DNA of 63,976 nucleotides, filler included, from Dugesia japonica (GCA_001938525.1; 6 parts of 6 records of this genome joined end to end with filler, not necessarily neighbours in it); one strand, 5' to 3'. Counted from the whole stretch's first letter, positions 1 to 13,759 are shown. Numbers and translations are program-made. The notes: generated by a model not told the origin, from the letters alone.

Positions 1-38
<38 letters not shown>

Positions 39-65
39 TTAATAATAATAATAATAATAATAATA
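1..65. repeat. (TAA)n microsatellite
   Basis: Near-perfect TAA run at the window start; similar runs at 42291-42343 (TTA) and 56978-57008. Confidence 0.95.
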
Positions 66-3014
66 AAAATAATTCATATATAACTCTTATATGAATTTTA
101 AAATGATTTGTAATTTCAATTTCAAATCCAAAAAGAGAAAAAAGAATATAAATAATAATAAATAAAAGAAAATTAATACATAAAGAAAAACATCAAATAA
201 AATAAAATGAAATTTAATAAAATATTTTATATCACAGAATTTATGTATCGTAATTAAAGATGACATTTTCCACCGATTAGTTGACTGGAAATTTTTTTAT
301 TAGTTTAACTCATAGGAAAATAATGAAATCCAAATTAGGCGACTTCTTTTCATCGAAAAAAAATTAGAAATAAAAATTTAAAATTAATTTTTGAAATCCA
401 TAAATAATTGTAAAAAATTTAATTTATTTAAAGTTGATTAATTTATTTTATATGGTTTGTTGAATGAAAATTTTTTGCAAGAAAATTAAAAAAATATATT
501 AATTAATATACAATTAATAAATATATGTAATTAAATATTTTAAATTGGTGAGAAACCTTGTTCTTGCTCTGCCGTCAGTAACGATAAAACAAGACAATTC
601 TTTAAAATTTTCACATTAATCATCNATGTTTATTTTCAATAATCTTTTTTTAATTAGGGCAAAAAGAGAGATAGTTCAAGTTATTTTATCTAAGAATTAA
701 TTGTGAACGTTCTGCAGTTCTAAAAATTATGTCAATCTGTTAAAGTCAGGCCAGAAAATGTAGTAGGCGAAGAATAACATTCAACTCTAGGTTTGGACGT
801 TTGAGATTGAAGTTGGTGTTGTCACGAAGAAAATCAAATAGGCAATTCCCGGTTTTTTTTACCAAAGTTTGTCGACAATTATTGAAAGTACTACTGGACG
901 TTGAAAAACTAATTGCTTTCGCTATTTATCACTCTCCTCACATCTCACTAAACATAAAATTATGAACATATTTTTATACAGTTAGGTCTTTTTTTTATTT
1001 AGATGTAATCTTTTTAGCAGCTAAAAAATTTTGAAAAATAAAATACAAACCTAATCAAAAACATGAAAATATATTAACATTTCAAAAATTAAAAAATATT
1101 GTATATTTAAAATATTTTAATCATTTTAGTCAAAAGCCCTGTCTGTAAGTTAATGCTTGGATTATAAAATCTAAATATTAACGCTTCATAAATTACTCTC
1201 TCAGTAATTTTCATTTGCTTAGACAAAATTTTTTTTTAATAATTCATTTTTCATTTTTATGTGACGGTTGATCCAACAAATAAGTGTGTGTGTGTGTGTG
1301 CGCGCAGTTGTATAAAATTAAAAATCTCNGAATTGTTTTGAAATAACCTTATAACGGAAGTGTGTGTTTTTATAAGGTAGAGTCCAAAAACATGGGTTTC
1401 AAAAGATACGTTTAAAGAGGTAATATCAATGCTTAATTAAAATTATTTGATATCATCAAATCATTTTAAAATAAAAAAACACAAATATTATTTTGGCATA
1501 ATTTAAATATTGATAAATCACAATATAGATTGTCATTATAATTCATAACTAAATAAGTAGTTTGGAGAGACCTTTATTGTGGAAATCTAATAGATGATTT
1601 GGAGTTAATTATTCTAATAGTTTTTCAATGTAAATAAATCTGTGCATATTAATTAAATGTATAAATTATCCATAAATATGAATATATGTTAATATATAAA
1701 ATAAATAAAGTCAATTCCTGACGAACACAAAGTCGAAATATCTAATCAATCTCAAAAAAACAATAAAAAACTTTTTGATCGAAGCTTTTATTTTAAATGA
1801 ATTCTAAAAAACGATTAATGGCTATGTCCAACAATTATTACGCAATAATTGCCATTGTAAAATATGTTAATATTATTGTTATTATTTATTATCTAAAACA
1901 GGCAATTTTTTCAATGTTTATATTTCTATTTTTTATTAATTATAATTGAAGTAAAAATTAAATAAAATTTAATTTGTCTAAATAGTATAAAATTAAATTC
2001 AGTTTTTATTAATTTTAAAGTAACATTTACTAAATTTTGTCATTTAACATTCTCTTCGATTGGTAATAAAAGCAATTGTTATTCTGTATTGAACTATTTT
2101 TGTGTAGCTATTTATTACATTTGCTGTGATAGTAATAAAGTCATTCTGTAATTGTTAATTTAGTAAGGTTAACTTNTAAAAAAGTTAATTATTGTGATGA
2201 ATGTATAATTATTTAATCTGTTATTATTATATCTTACCAAAATTCTTTATTAATAGTGGATTCAATTTTATGTAAATTACTATTCACATTATCAAATAAG
2301 TAATTTAAGTGAAAACTCTGAGAATGAAAATGACACCACTAACATTATTTTTATTTCTTATATTAATAATAAAATTAATAATTAAAATTCTATCATTAAT
2401 AATAAAATTTAAAATTCTAATATTAAACAAAGGTTGAAATTTTTTAATTTTAATGTTGATCTTTTTGTACTTGTTAGTAAANNNNATTTTAAAGCGATAT
2501 CGGATTTTATAAATTTAGATTTTTCAATTAAAATCTTCCCTTTTCAAAATGAAAATTGCAGATTTTAATAAAGCCAGAAATTATGAAATGAAAATTAAAA
2601 CATGTTAGATTTTATATTTTAATACGAAATTACAAATCTTTCCTATATTCATTTTCAATCTATTTTGCTAATTAACTAGACTTTATAATCCGATTTTCTA
2701 TTTAAAACTCTCATCGAAAAAAGAAACGTCAATATGACAAAAATTTATTTTTATTTATCCACATGTAAATTTAAAGATTTTTAAAATTAAAATATTATTT
2801 CATTATATAATAATTTATTCAATATATAATTAATTTTTTATTATAACATTAAATCAATAATTTTTCTATTTATTTTTCATGATTTATAAAACCAAAATTT
2901 GTAATTAACAATAACATGTAAAATTTATAGAATTTTTATTCTTTTTGATTTTGCAGGAACAAATAATATTATAGAAATAAGCACAAATATTTCGTATAAA
3001 CAAATATTAATTTA

Positions 3015-3236
3015 CTAATTTTGGTATGTACAAGTGATAGCAATTAACTTTTTATGGTTTTTCAATGCTTGTTTTCTAACTTTCCTTATAAATACATTAC
3101 CACAAACTATGTTTACAATAATCTCTGGTAAATCGTCAACAACAAATTATGGAAATGATTGCAGCAGTTTTGCTCTAGAATCTTTGGAAACCATTAGTAA
3201 TATATTTAAATATGAAAGGCTTTGTTGAAATTCCAT
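3015..3236 (-). pseudogene. Decayed small basic Polinton/Maverick protein (PW-like conserved ORF)
   Basis: Manual translation MEFQQSLSYLNILLMVSKDSRAKLLQSFP*FVVDDLPEIIVNIVCGNVFIRKVRKQALKNHKKLIAI resembles the conserved small Polinton protein pattern R.xLL...I.E...N...GNV......L..HK. One internal stop; lies just downstream of the ATPase. Confidence 0.5.
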
Positions 3237-3419
3237 AATTTTTTATTAAATATCACACTAAGGTATTTGTTTATAACATCATCCATTCTTTGTTGACTTC
3301 TTTGTTGTCTTCTTTAATATTTTGATATCATTTATTGTGGTATCTTGTTTAATCTTTTGAATTGATCAACTATAACTTTAGTAAATTTTGACATTTGTAA
3401 ATAAAATAAGAAATTACGT

Positions 3420-3520
3420 ATATTGTTTAAATATGGTAAACCGTTTGGATTGAAAATATCAGTTCTCCCTCTAAGTTCATTTATATACTGTTGTGAAATA
3501 CATAAAAAGATAATCATGTG
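3420..3520 (-). pseudogene. Polinton packaging ATPase, C-terminal part (separated by insertion)
   Basis: PHDYLF...SQQYINELRGRTDIFNP matches the Polinton ATPase C-terminal PYGYLF...ELRLRTNIFP pattern, and continues the reading from 6754 across the insertion. The left boundary is approximate. Confidence 0.75.
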
Positions 3521-6500
3521 AGTAGTAGGATAGTAGCGCGCTGGCTTACCCCCTACCCCACTCTGTGTAAAAAATGAGTTACTATTTTCCAATGTAAAAA
3601 GGCGGCGAAACACAATAATATTAAAAAAATATATATATATTAAAATTTGAAACTAAAAGACTAAACTTTCTAAGACATCATAATAAATAGAAAACGAATA
3701 TACTAAACTTTAAAGCCAACGCTTTAAAATTCAAAATCAATAGATAAAAATCTAAATCAATAAATAAATTCCAAACTAATACTCTAAAAGTTTAAAACAA
3801 CACATCAAGATTCAAAATCAATATATGAAAATCTAAACTAATGCATAATAATTTCAAACTAATTCACTAAACCTTTATACCAACTTCAAAAAAAATGAAA
3901 CACATTACATAAAAATTATAAACCAATACGCAGAATTTGCATTCAAAATTATAAAATTTTAACCTGTAATACAAATATTTTAAACCAACACAACAAAAAT
4001 TGTAACATATTACATAACAAATTATAAACCAATACCCAAAATTTACAATCAAACTTATAAATTGTAAACAATTATACAAAAAATCTAAACTAATACATTA
4101 AAATTCAAACCCATTACACAGAATTTACAACCAATCATGCAGATAATTAAAACTAACACAATAAATTTATAACCCTTCATACAAAACTTTTAACCAATAT
4201 ATAAAAATTCAAAACCAATACACTAAAATTGTAATAAAACACATAAAAATTCAATAATTAGAATTCATAACAAAGTATTGTAATCTAACATAGAGAAATA
4301 CAACATCTAACATAGAAAATGTTCAAAAATTAGAATCCATCACACAAAATTGAAATCTTACTTAAAAATTTGAAATCCATCATAGAAAATATTAACCAAA
4401 CATATAAAAGTTATATAAGGTGCATGGCAATTATAATCTAACATAAAGTTTCGAAACCAATCTATTAAAAATAACTTAATACATTCAATAAAATTAATAA
4501 ATACAATTATTTGATACAATTAAGACCCATAATATACTCAATCTATTTAATATATTCAATATAATCTACCAATTCATCAAATTTAATAAAAGCATTCAAT
4601 ACATTTGACTTACTTATTTCATCGAGATTTCTTTATTACTCTTTTTAATACGGTTAAAAAGCCAATGATCACTGCAAGCATGAAACATCTTATAAATTAA
4701 GTTAAATATACTTAATCAACTAAAAAACATTCAACAATATAAATAAAACATATAGTATAATAAACTCATAAAGCTAATACAATGTATCTACTAATCTAAT
4801 CACCATAGTTACTTAATTTAATGTTTACTTCTTTTAACCTACTTCATTCATAAATTAATTAAATAATAAATTAAATCAATCAGATCCTATACCAATTATA
4901 TTGAACCTTAATGTAACAAATGAACTCAAAAATTTCAATAGATATATTAACATGAAAAAAATATTAACCGAGTCAAAACTTTAAAATATCACTAGTGACA
5001 AAGTTTGAATATAAACATGGATAAAACTCGAATAAATCACAAGGGGTAAAAATTTTAAGAACAACCTTGTAAACATTAACTATTAACCTAAGTAAAATTT
5101 AAATACCTCCAGGATAATTAACCGATAAAAATTAATCAAATAAAAATTAAATACCATCAGGGAAAATTTATTAACAAAAGAAAAGGTCCAAAAAAATGCT
5201 AACCTGAGACAAAACTTTTAAGAACATGAGAGCAAAATTAAATATAAACCAGAGAAAATTCTTAAAAAACAACCTGGAAAAAATTAATCTATGTAAAAAT
5301 TCTATAATAAAACCATGAAAAATCTTATATAAAATACTGTTGAAAATCTATAGATAAAAAATTTAAATATCATCGGCGAAAAATTGAAAAATACGAACAG
5401 AGTCAAAAATACCACTGTAAAATCTATACATAAAAAAATTAAATACTACTGAGGAAAAATAAATTGATCTAAAAATATTATATAAGAAATTATATACCAC
5501 CGAGAAAAAATTCTTATATAAAAAATTTAATTACTTAAAAATTAACTATTAAAAAAAATACTTAAACTTAACGAATTAAAATACTACTGGTGAAAATTTT
5601 ATATAAAATATTTTTTTTCTAAAATTAACTTCTAAAAATCAACTACCTAAAAATACTACCGGTGAAAGTCTATAATGAAAAATTTGATTCTAAATTTAAC
5701 TGCTGAAAATATTTTAACATACCAACAGAGTCAAAAATATCACTGTTTAAAATCTATAAATGAAATACCGCTGAGAAAACTTCTAAAATAAGCCGGTGAA
5801 AATCTTATATAAAATACTTAACTACTTCAAAAATAACGGCATAAACTTAACAGATTAAAATATTACTGGTAAAGTGTTATATAAAAAATTTGATTCTATT
5901 AAAAATTGCTCAATTTAAAAACTAACCAATATAAACTTATTCTATGTTAAAATCTTTTAAAAAAAATTATAGAGTAAAACTTAACTACTTAAAATTTTTT
6001 TTAAAATTCAACTACTTGAAAATTAACCTATTAAAAATATAGAGGGATAATTACTATCTTAAAATTCTAAAATAAACTACTAAAATTTTATTTAAAAAAT
6101 TAAATACCCTGGAAGAATAAACTGTAAAACTTAACTTAAAATTTACCTGTTAAACTTATCGTAGAAAACATTATAGAATTAAAAATTATTCGAGTAAAAT
6201 TCTTATATAATACTTTTTTGGAATTTCTTATTTATTATTATTGTATTATTAGTATTATTATTGATTATATGTGTTGTGTTATATGTATAGTTTGTAATGT
6301 GTTTCTAATTGTGTTATAATTTATAATGTATTTATAATTTGTATTTATAGTTTATAATTATTATTTTCAATTTATAAAAATTTTTATAAGATTTAAAATA
6401 ATTTAAAGTGAAATATTTAAACAAGAAAAAATTCCCTATATAAATTTAAATAATTTTACAATAATTTTAAAATAAAAAATTTGCGCAAAATTTGAAATTT

Positions 6501-6753
6501 GAAAAAATTTGAAAAAATCCAAATATTTTGAAAATATTTCCAAAAAATTCGAACTAGTCGCACAAAAAGTACGAACAAAAGTTATGTAATCGCACATAAA
6601 TTTTGTTCGTCGCCTATTTACATTGAGAATTTTCCAACTCACTTACGTAATCACACACAAATGTGTTTCGCCGCCTTTTTACATTAGAAAATAGTAACTC
6701 ACTTTTTACACACAGGGGGAAAGTGTGAGCCAGTGCGCTACTATGCTTCTACT
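3521..6753. mobile_element. Non-autonomous Polinton/Maverick-like element (3.2 kb, ~93-bp TIRs, 6-bp TSD)
   Basis: Left end AGTAGTAGGATAGTAGCGCGCTGG...AATGTAAAAAGGCGGCGAAACACA (3521-3614) is inverted against the right end (6662-6753). Flanks are CATGTG (3515-3520) and TATGTG (6754-6759). It splits an ATPase ORF; the interior is non-coding periodic A-rich repeats. Confidence 0.85.
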
Positions 6754-7251
6754 TATGTGGATTTACGTTTGCATTAATCTAAAAGAAATTGTCTATTGTT
6801 TGGATATGCTTGGCTTTCGAGAAATCAACAAATGTTTGATCTCTTGTATTTTTAAATAGAACTAAGTATTGTACCTTTGAATTACGAGTTCTCAGTCCAC
6901 CTCTTTGTTGGAATAGATTCTGAGTAATTAATATTATTGTCACATTACAGTGTTTTGATATCTTGGTGAATAAATTTTAAAGTCTTTTTTCCTTGTTTAT
7001 TTCCTGGTATAAATCATCAACAACAATCACATCAACGTTAGTTAATCTCTTGCTCTAATTCTCATCAAAACCATTTATAATTTTCATTTTTATATCACAG
7101 AATTTGGATTGAGTTAATCCATGTTCCTCATCAGTTTCTCTTTGCCAATATATTTAGTTGAATTTTGATTTTAATAATTTACATACAAATAGAGTTTTTC
7201 CACTTCCACTTGGACGAAAATTTTGTAAACAGTATCATTTCTTAATTCCAT
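6754..7251 (-). pseudogene. Polinton packaging (FtsK/A32-like) ATPase, N-terminal part
   Basis: ATG at 7251. Walker A (x)PSGSGKTLFVCKLL, Walker B NVDVIVVDDL, then YLVLFKNTRDQ and QAYPNNRQFLLD. Frameshifts and stops present. Confidence 0.85.
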
Positions 7252-7331
7252 TATTGTTTTTTTATTTTTCCAATTAAATTATTGTTTATTTATATGTATA
7301 TATTCACTTTTAAAAATTTATTGACATAATT

Positions 7332-7760
7332 ATGATTGCAAATATTACTTATAGAGGTAACGTTTCACAAAAGGTTACAAGTAAAATGAATTTTCCCGTT
7401 GTCAAGCCATCACAAGTTGCCGAAAAAACTAGAAAATATACGTTAGTATTCTTCAAATTTGGAAGATGAAGAATCATGGAATGTAAGAAACTCTTGGAAA
7501 GAAAACATTTACAATATGATATCAACAAATGTTCAACTACAGTCACTTGCAATCGTTATTTATATGATTTAGCAAGAAAAACTAAATGCATGTATGAACC
7601 TGAGATATTTCTTGGGTTATAATTAATAAAAAATAATCCAGTTTGTGTAAATGTGTTTTCATCTAGAAAAATAGTCTTTGTGGGAATCAAAATATTAGGT
7701 TATCAACCTCGAGTAAATGTTGTGATATCTAATTTAAATAATTTAAATAGAAAAATCTAA
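7332..7760 (+). pseudogene. Intronless, divergent TATA-binding-protein-like gene inside a Polinton remnant
   Basis: Single frame of 143 codons with two internal stops. It contains TLVFFKFGR*RIMECK and MYEPEIFLGL*LIKNNPVCVNVFSSRKIVFVGIK, matching the two TBP repeats (TALIFSSGKMVCTGAK; YEPELFPGL...LIFVSGKVVLTGAK). Confidence 0.75.
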
Positions 7761-7936
7761 ATCAATGCTGAATACATGATCAACACATGCACGAAATATG
7801 TACAATACATGCATGAAGCATGTGCAATACATGAAGGAAGCTTGCATTTTGCAAAACATGAACAAAGAAGATGACTCATAAATATTTGTTTGATAGAAAT
7901 GTATAAAAAAATGACTAAAAATCAAATTGATAAATA

Positions 7937-8315
7937 TGAGTTACAGATTTTAACGATGATAATGAATTTTCAGAATTTGATGAATTTGGTATATATACAA
8001 GACCTAGACAAGATAAATATCATATGCATGAAATCAATAGAGTAAAATATTAGTTTATTTATTAACATTGATTAATTAATTAATTTGTATTTAGAAATTG
8101 ATAAAGACATTTTAGAAGAATAATTCTATAATTTAAGAGGTGATTCTGTATACTCGGGTCCTGAATTATATTGGCATCGTGTTAAAATGTATACCAGAGT
8201 TGACATAGTAGAAACCATCAAAATCTACTTTCATGAGCCAATCAGTTGCCTTTATTCTCGCACATATTGTCAACTAACAAAACTCAGAAAAATTATAAAA
8301 CAAGTTATTAAATAA
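7937..8315 (+). pseudogene. Decayed small spliced accessory gene of the Polinton remnant, unknown product
   Basis: ATG, then GTAAAA...TATTTAG (~50-nt intron), a second segment (...GDSVYSGPELYWHRVKMYTRVDIVETIKIYFHEPISCLYSRTYCQLTKLRKIIKQVIK*) and AATAAA. Frames are disrupted. Confidence 0.35.
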
Positions 8316-8899
8316 ATCTTAGTTAATAAATCTTGTTTTTTCATTGTGTTTATACTATTTATTGTTTTTTATATAAAATTATAAGACAACAGTGATAAAA
8401 TACATTAGTAATAACTAAATGATATGTTCAAATTAAATTATTTATTAACATAACAAATCTAATATATCTTTTGCATGCTTTTAACTTTCCCTATAGGATC
8501 CATGAGATATTAACATCGGGGAGAATCTAATGTTAATATTAATATTGAAGGAAAAAGCCTCAAATATTTTATGTCAATATTGCCCGGCGATAATTACTGC
8601 AATTATTGCCCGACTCGGCTAATGATAATATTACCGAAGCGCGTCTAAGTGCTTGAGAATAATTTTGTTTAACTACTTACAAATTTGAATATTTTCATTA
8701 ATTAAAACAAAAAATTAAATTTCCGGTGATTACGTAATGGCTACGTTTATTAATTATTAAAAAAAAGAAAAATACGGGCAAATATAACATAATCATATCG
8801 TTCCCACTAAATATATGTAAAATTTATACACTGCTATTACGTAATCACATGCACACCTCTTATCTATTTTATCGTCCCACTAAATACACGTAAAATTCT

Positions 8900-8968
8900 T
8901 ACACGGCTAAACATTTTCTATTCCGGGTTGGAGGGGTTTGTTGTGTTATGCGCTACTATCTCACTACT
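8900..8968 (-). mobile_element. Polinton-like terminus (right end of the ATPase/TBP-bearing remnant)
   Basis: Reverse complement reads AGTAGTGAGATAGTAGCGCATAAC followed by a C-rich tract; same consensus as the 3521 and 6753 ends. Confidence 0.7.
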
Positions 8969-10030
8969 GGTATTAAAGTGTGCTGTTGTTTGCCAAAAAA
9001 ATGACTAGTATTTTACTAATAAAACTTGGGAAATAAATTTTAATTGAAATTTCCTATAACAAACAACTCTCATTTTTTATATGACACCAAAATAAATAAA
9101 ATTATAATAAATTCTTTTAATTATAAAAAACAAGTAATTAAATAAAGTATTTGAATAAATAAATAATAAATTTTAAAAAATTTCAATATTTTCCAAATTT
9201 GTTAACATGTTTTCTTGTAAATATCGAAGGAAAACTAAATGAAAACATGAACATTTGTAGTTCTGCTCAAATGAACAAACTAATGTAAAAAACACGTGCA
9301 AATGCAATGATTATTTGAAACAAAGAAAAAAATTAACCAATAATTATTTTTAATTATTTACTATTTGAAATAATTTCTAAAATTTTGGATTAAGTATTTT
9401 GAAAATTCAAATAAATTATTGTAAATTAATTTATTTACAATCATTCTTATGTAATAATATTAATTAGAAAATTAAAACAAATAATAATTTACTCGGATTT
9501 AGATATTGCAATTAAAATAAAACTAAAATTTGTCAACGTTAAATATAATACTAAATTGAAGTAATTTATCGAAATAATTGAAATTCATAGTCTTGGAAAA
9601 TAATTTTAGAAATTATTTAAACTATAAAAGTATACATTTAAAGGAATTTTAAAATAACAAATTTTTCAAAAAGCATATCTCCAATAATGCATTATGTACA
9701 CTTTACAAATATGACTCTACCTTCTAAAAAGATTCCGATAAAAATAGTGCTGGAATCTTGTAAGTATTTGTAAAATTAAACATCATGTAATAAATATTAA
9801 CACGTGACATTCGTTTAAGTCTGTACTATTTAAATCTTTATTGATTAAATAATACATCAATTCCAAATGTCTGCAAATATTCCAGAAAGGCAACATTTTC
9901 AGGAAGTCATACTTCATATTATTTCTTTCAACAAAAATTATATAAATCGTCAAATAACAATGAAATAATTTTTAAAAAATAAATATGAATCAACTAAAAC
10001 TAATAAAATCTATAATTTAGCCTATAATTA

Positions 10031-11460
10031 CACTGCCCAGGATCCAAATTTTTATCACAGAAAAATTTTATTATGCATCTCGACTCGCTGATCACAAAAA
10101 TGTATACTTTTAATAGTCCATTAGTCTGGTTTTTGAGATAATTATGTTTTAAGGATTTTTTGTATTTATGGTAATTTAAACTAATTTATATTAATTAAAA
10201 ATCATATCATGTCAAAATTATTTAAATAATCGCATATTTGAGGTATTTTAAATTAAATGACACACCGGTGATGCATCAATAACCCATACCATTTCTGTTA
10301 CATCTGTGGGGAATATGTTTTCAAAGATTACAGAATGAGCATTGTACCAGTCATAAAGAATAGATTTACAACATATTTCAAAATGAAATTAGGCGACCAG
10401 GATAAGTCTTTTGCTCCTCATACTGTATGTAGAAAATGTTCTTCATACTTGTCCATGTTTTTAGCAGGTAAGATAAGTAACTTACCGTTTAGTACACCGA
10501 TGGCTTGAAGTGAGCAAAAAACTATTATGAGGATTGCTATTTTTCTCAAACCAGGGTGTCTAGTTTTAACAAGATATCAGCAGAGCATATTTAATATCAA
10601 GATTTGATATCAGCAATAAGATTGATACCATATAATAAGGATGAATATACAATGGTTCTTTATCCAAACAGTGATATATCTGACATAACTAGTGATTTTT
10701 TAGCGCATGATGATAACAATGATGAATGGAAAAATGATAATTGCAATCAAATCAGGTAACATCAATCAAATGTCTTTGTTCGTGGATTAGGGTTATCAAA
10801 GAAANNNNNNNNNNNNNNNNNNNNNNNNNNNNNNNNNNNNNNNNNNNNNNNNNNNNNNNNNNNNNNNNNNNNNNNNNNNNNNNNNNNNNNNNNNNNNNNN
10901 NNNNNNNNNNNNNNNNNNNNNNNNNNNNNNNNNNNNNNNNNNNNNNNNNNGGTTTGCTGAATAAGCTTAACATAAAATCTAATGTCATCACGGATTGGTG
11001 GCTTTTTATTGATGACAGCACAACATAGTATAAAGTTTGTTCTCCTACGAATTTCCTGCCATTCCGATTGCGTATTCAGGGGGAGCCAGAGGAAAAATAT
11101 GACATTATAAAATATTTTATGGATATGCATTACGATAACTTTCGATGGAATACTGGCGTAGATCTAAAGTGAATTGGCATCTTGACAGGATTGCAAGGTG
11201 GTTACACCAAATACTGCCGCTTCCTATGCTTATGGGATAGTAGGGCACGTGATCAGCACTATATAATTAATGAATGGCCAAGTCGTGTGAACCGCATACC
11301 TAGGCAAGGTAATATCAAGCATAAAACACTTATTGACGTACAGAATATCTTATTGCCTGCTCTTCATATTTTGTTAGACCTTTTTAAGAACTTCATCAAA
11401 ACTTTAAAGCCTGAAAGCTAAGCAATGCAAGCAATGAAAAAACATTTTGCGCAGTTACCA
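10031..11460 (+). mobile_element. Chapaev3-type (CMC) DNA transposon, decayed, 3'-truncated
   Basis: TTA|CACTGCCCAGGATCCAAATTT 5' end. Transposase motifs FCYICGEY, LGDQDKSFAPHTVCRKC, WWLFIDDS, GLQGGYTKYCRFLCLWDSRARDQHY, LLPALHILL. Confidence 0.8.
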
Positions 11461-11785
11461 TGAAACAAGCTGAGATTATTAATTTTTAAATCTGGAGATA
11501 AAGCCGGCTGGTTCGTAAGAGTTACTGTTGGAATTAAACTGTCCTGAAAATCATTAAATCTTTGTACGTTGTTTTTACCAATATGTGGACGAGCATTATT
11601 CAGTTGAATAAAAACGTTTTTGCACCAGTACATTTGTTTGAGATTGCAGACATGATTTTATTACACATTAGCTTGTAAAAGATGGTAGAAGTCATTGTTC
11701 AATAGACTTTGTAAACATCATCTTTTGCGTGGTTTTTTTTAAGATCGCTGGGCTACGTGATCTTCTTGAATCCTTGCAAATAATT
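11460..11785 (-). mobile_element. Tc1/mariner transposase fragment, DD39D-like
   Basis: AQRS*KN..., VFIQLNNARPH...QPALSPDLKINNLSLF resemble IFIQQDNARPH...QPPNSPDLNVLDLGFF; about 40 residues between the 2nd and 3rd catalytic positions. Confidence 0.65.
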
Positions 11786-12695
11786 TACAATTGTTAATTA
11801 AATAAATTTTACCAAGAATAATTTTCAATAATCAATTAATTTAGTCTTCCAACGAAACTATCTGATAATTAATTATTTCAAATATCCAACAGTTTTATAG
11901 TTTATAAATAATACATAATTTTGTAACTTACTAAATAAACTCAATTTCTAAACAAACTGTTTTCGTTAAATAAAAGCTAATTTCAATAAAAAAATAAAAA
12001 TAATTGAAACTATATATTTACAAAAAACACTTAAAACATTCTAAAATACATTCACGCCTTAAAGTCATAATAATAATGTATTATTTCGCTTACTAATACA
12101 GAGTTTCTCATATAAATGAACTATTTTGTCAACTATAAAAAACTATTAAAATAAAATACCTCTTGTTATTAAAACTATTTTGAGTCAATTTTAAATTTAA
12201 ATTGCATCTGGACGTCATCATACAACATAAGAAGCAACTGCCTGATGAAACTAAGAATGAAATTATACCAAACTACTAATCAGGAAAATTACATATAGAT
12301 ATTAGCACGGACCTCTAAGTAAAATATGAAAATAGTACCTATGCAAGTATGAAGGATAAATTCTAGCACGACAGGTCATAGAAAATTACAGCAGATATTA
12401 TGAACTTTATAAAAACAAAGATCAGTGAAGATGTTTCCGTTACTCTAAAATCAACCAAAAGTTTATTGTACGCTTAAAAAGAAATCAGTGTTTTTATATC
12501 GACAATCAAACTGGCAATACAGACCTCTATTTATATAGTTATCTATTTTGTTTGATAAAATTGTTTTTTTACTTGTCAAAATAGTTAATTTATGTATTGA
12601 TAGAAATGTATTAATATCACTATTTTGTAAATTCAAGATCATTATAAACCATTTTAAAATAAAAATACCAATATTGGTAATAATAAATTTAATTA

Positions 12696-13314
12696 TTAGG
12701 TTGTAAAGAAATAAATGGTGGCTTTTAATTATCAACTTTAAATTAACATATCTTATTTCAAACAAACTTTTATTAATGAAAATAAAACTCATTAATATGT
12801 ACAATGTTTCCCAATACGATTTATTTATTCCAATAGAATAGATATTTGGCTTTCTGAATGCAACGAAATCTTTAGGCAATAGTGACAGCGTCTCGGCTTT
12901 TGAAGGATTTTACGTCTAAGAACTTTTCCAAATGTTAGAAGAAATGGTAATCAGTAATCGAGTGGTCTGGTGAGTATGCAGAGAAAGACAAACTTTCAAA
13001 GCCATACTGGTTTAATTTTTATAGCATAGATGGTCTGACGTGTGGTTAGGGCGTTGTCATAGAGAATCAGTGACTTCTTTCTGTTGAAAAAGGCCATATG
13101 GCTTAAGTTGATTTNNNNNNNNNNNNNNNNNNNNNNNNNNNNNNNNNNNNNNNNNNNNNNNNNNNNNNNNNNNNNNNNNNNNNNNNNNNNNNNNNNNNNN
13201 NNNNNNNNNNNNNNNNNNNNNNNNNNNNNNNNNNNNNNNNNNNNNNNNNNNNNNAAAAAAACCATCAAAACAAACAAAACATTGAAAAACCACAATTTAT
13301 TTTTTTATAATCAA
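12696..13314 (-). mobile_element. Internally deleted mariner (DD34D-like) element
   Basis: TA|TTAGGTTGTAAAGAAATAAATGGTGGC left TIR and an inverted counterpart ending AATCAA|TA. C-terminal transposase LILYDNA...AYSPDHSITDYHFF...YSIGINK. Confidence 0.7.
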
Positions 13315-13759
13315 TACATGAGACTGCGGTAATTCAAAGGTTAATCGAAAATTAAAAATATTTGTATAATTAACTATAAATTTATTAATGAAAATATATC
13401 AATTTTAAAATATTATTTTTAAAAGAATTGCATACTTAATTCTGTTTGTACGCGATAGATACGTTCTGCGGCAACTCGCATAAAAACAGATACCTTATCC
13501 ATAAAAAAATGTGGTTCTACATTTTAAATATCAGCTAAAATAAGGTGAATAAAATATAATGTAAATTCATGTTTTTTATGTGCTTTATACACACATTTTA
13601 TTTAAGCAAATAGTAAATTGAAAAAGAATAATTCATTTAATATTATTTTGTAAAAAAANNNNNNNNNNNNNNNNNNNNNNNNNNNNNNNNNNNNNNNNNN
13701 NNTTAATTAATTAANNNNNNNNNNNNNNNNNNNNNNNNNNNNNNNNNNNNNNNNNNNNA

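Noticed and set aside
1716-1745. CTGACGA...CGAAA hammerhead-like core
   Set aside because: No stem III or stem I complementarity downstream.
3620-6430. Periodic repeats considered as a CRISPR-like array
   Set aside because: Units are degenerate with no constant repeat/unique spacer alternation; eukaryotic context with no cas genes.
13703-13714. TTAATTAATTAA flanked by Ns (also ~25226, ~33956, ~42388, ~55546)
   Set aside because: Artificial six-frame-stop scaffold spacer, not biology; adjacency across these joins is uncertain.
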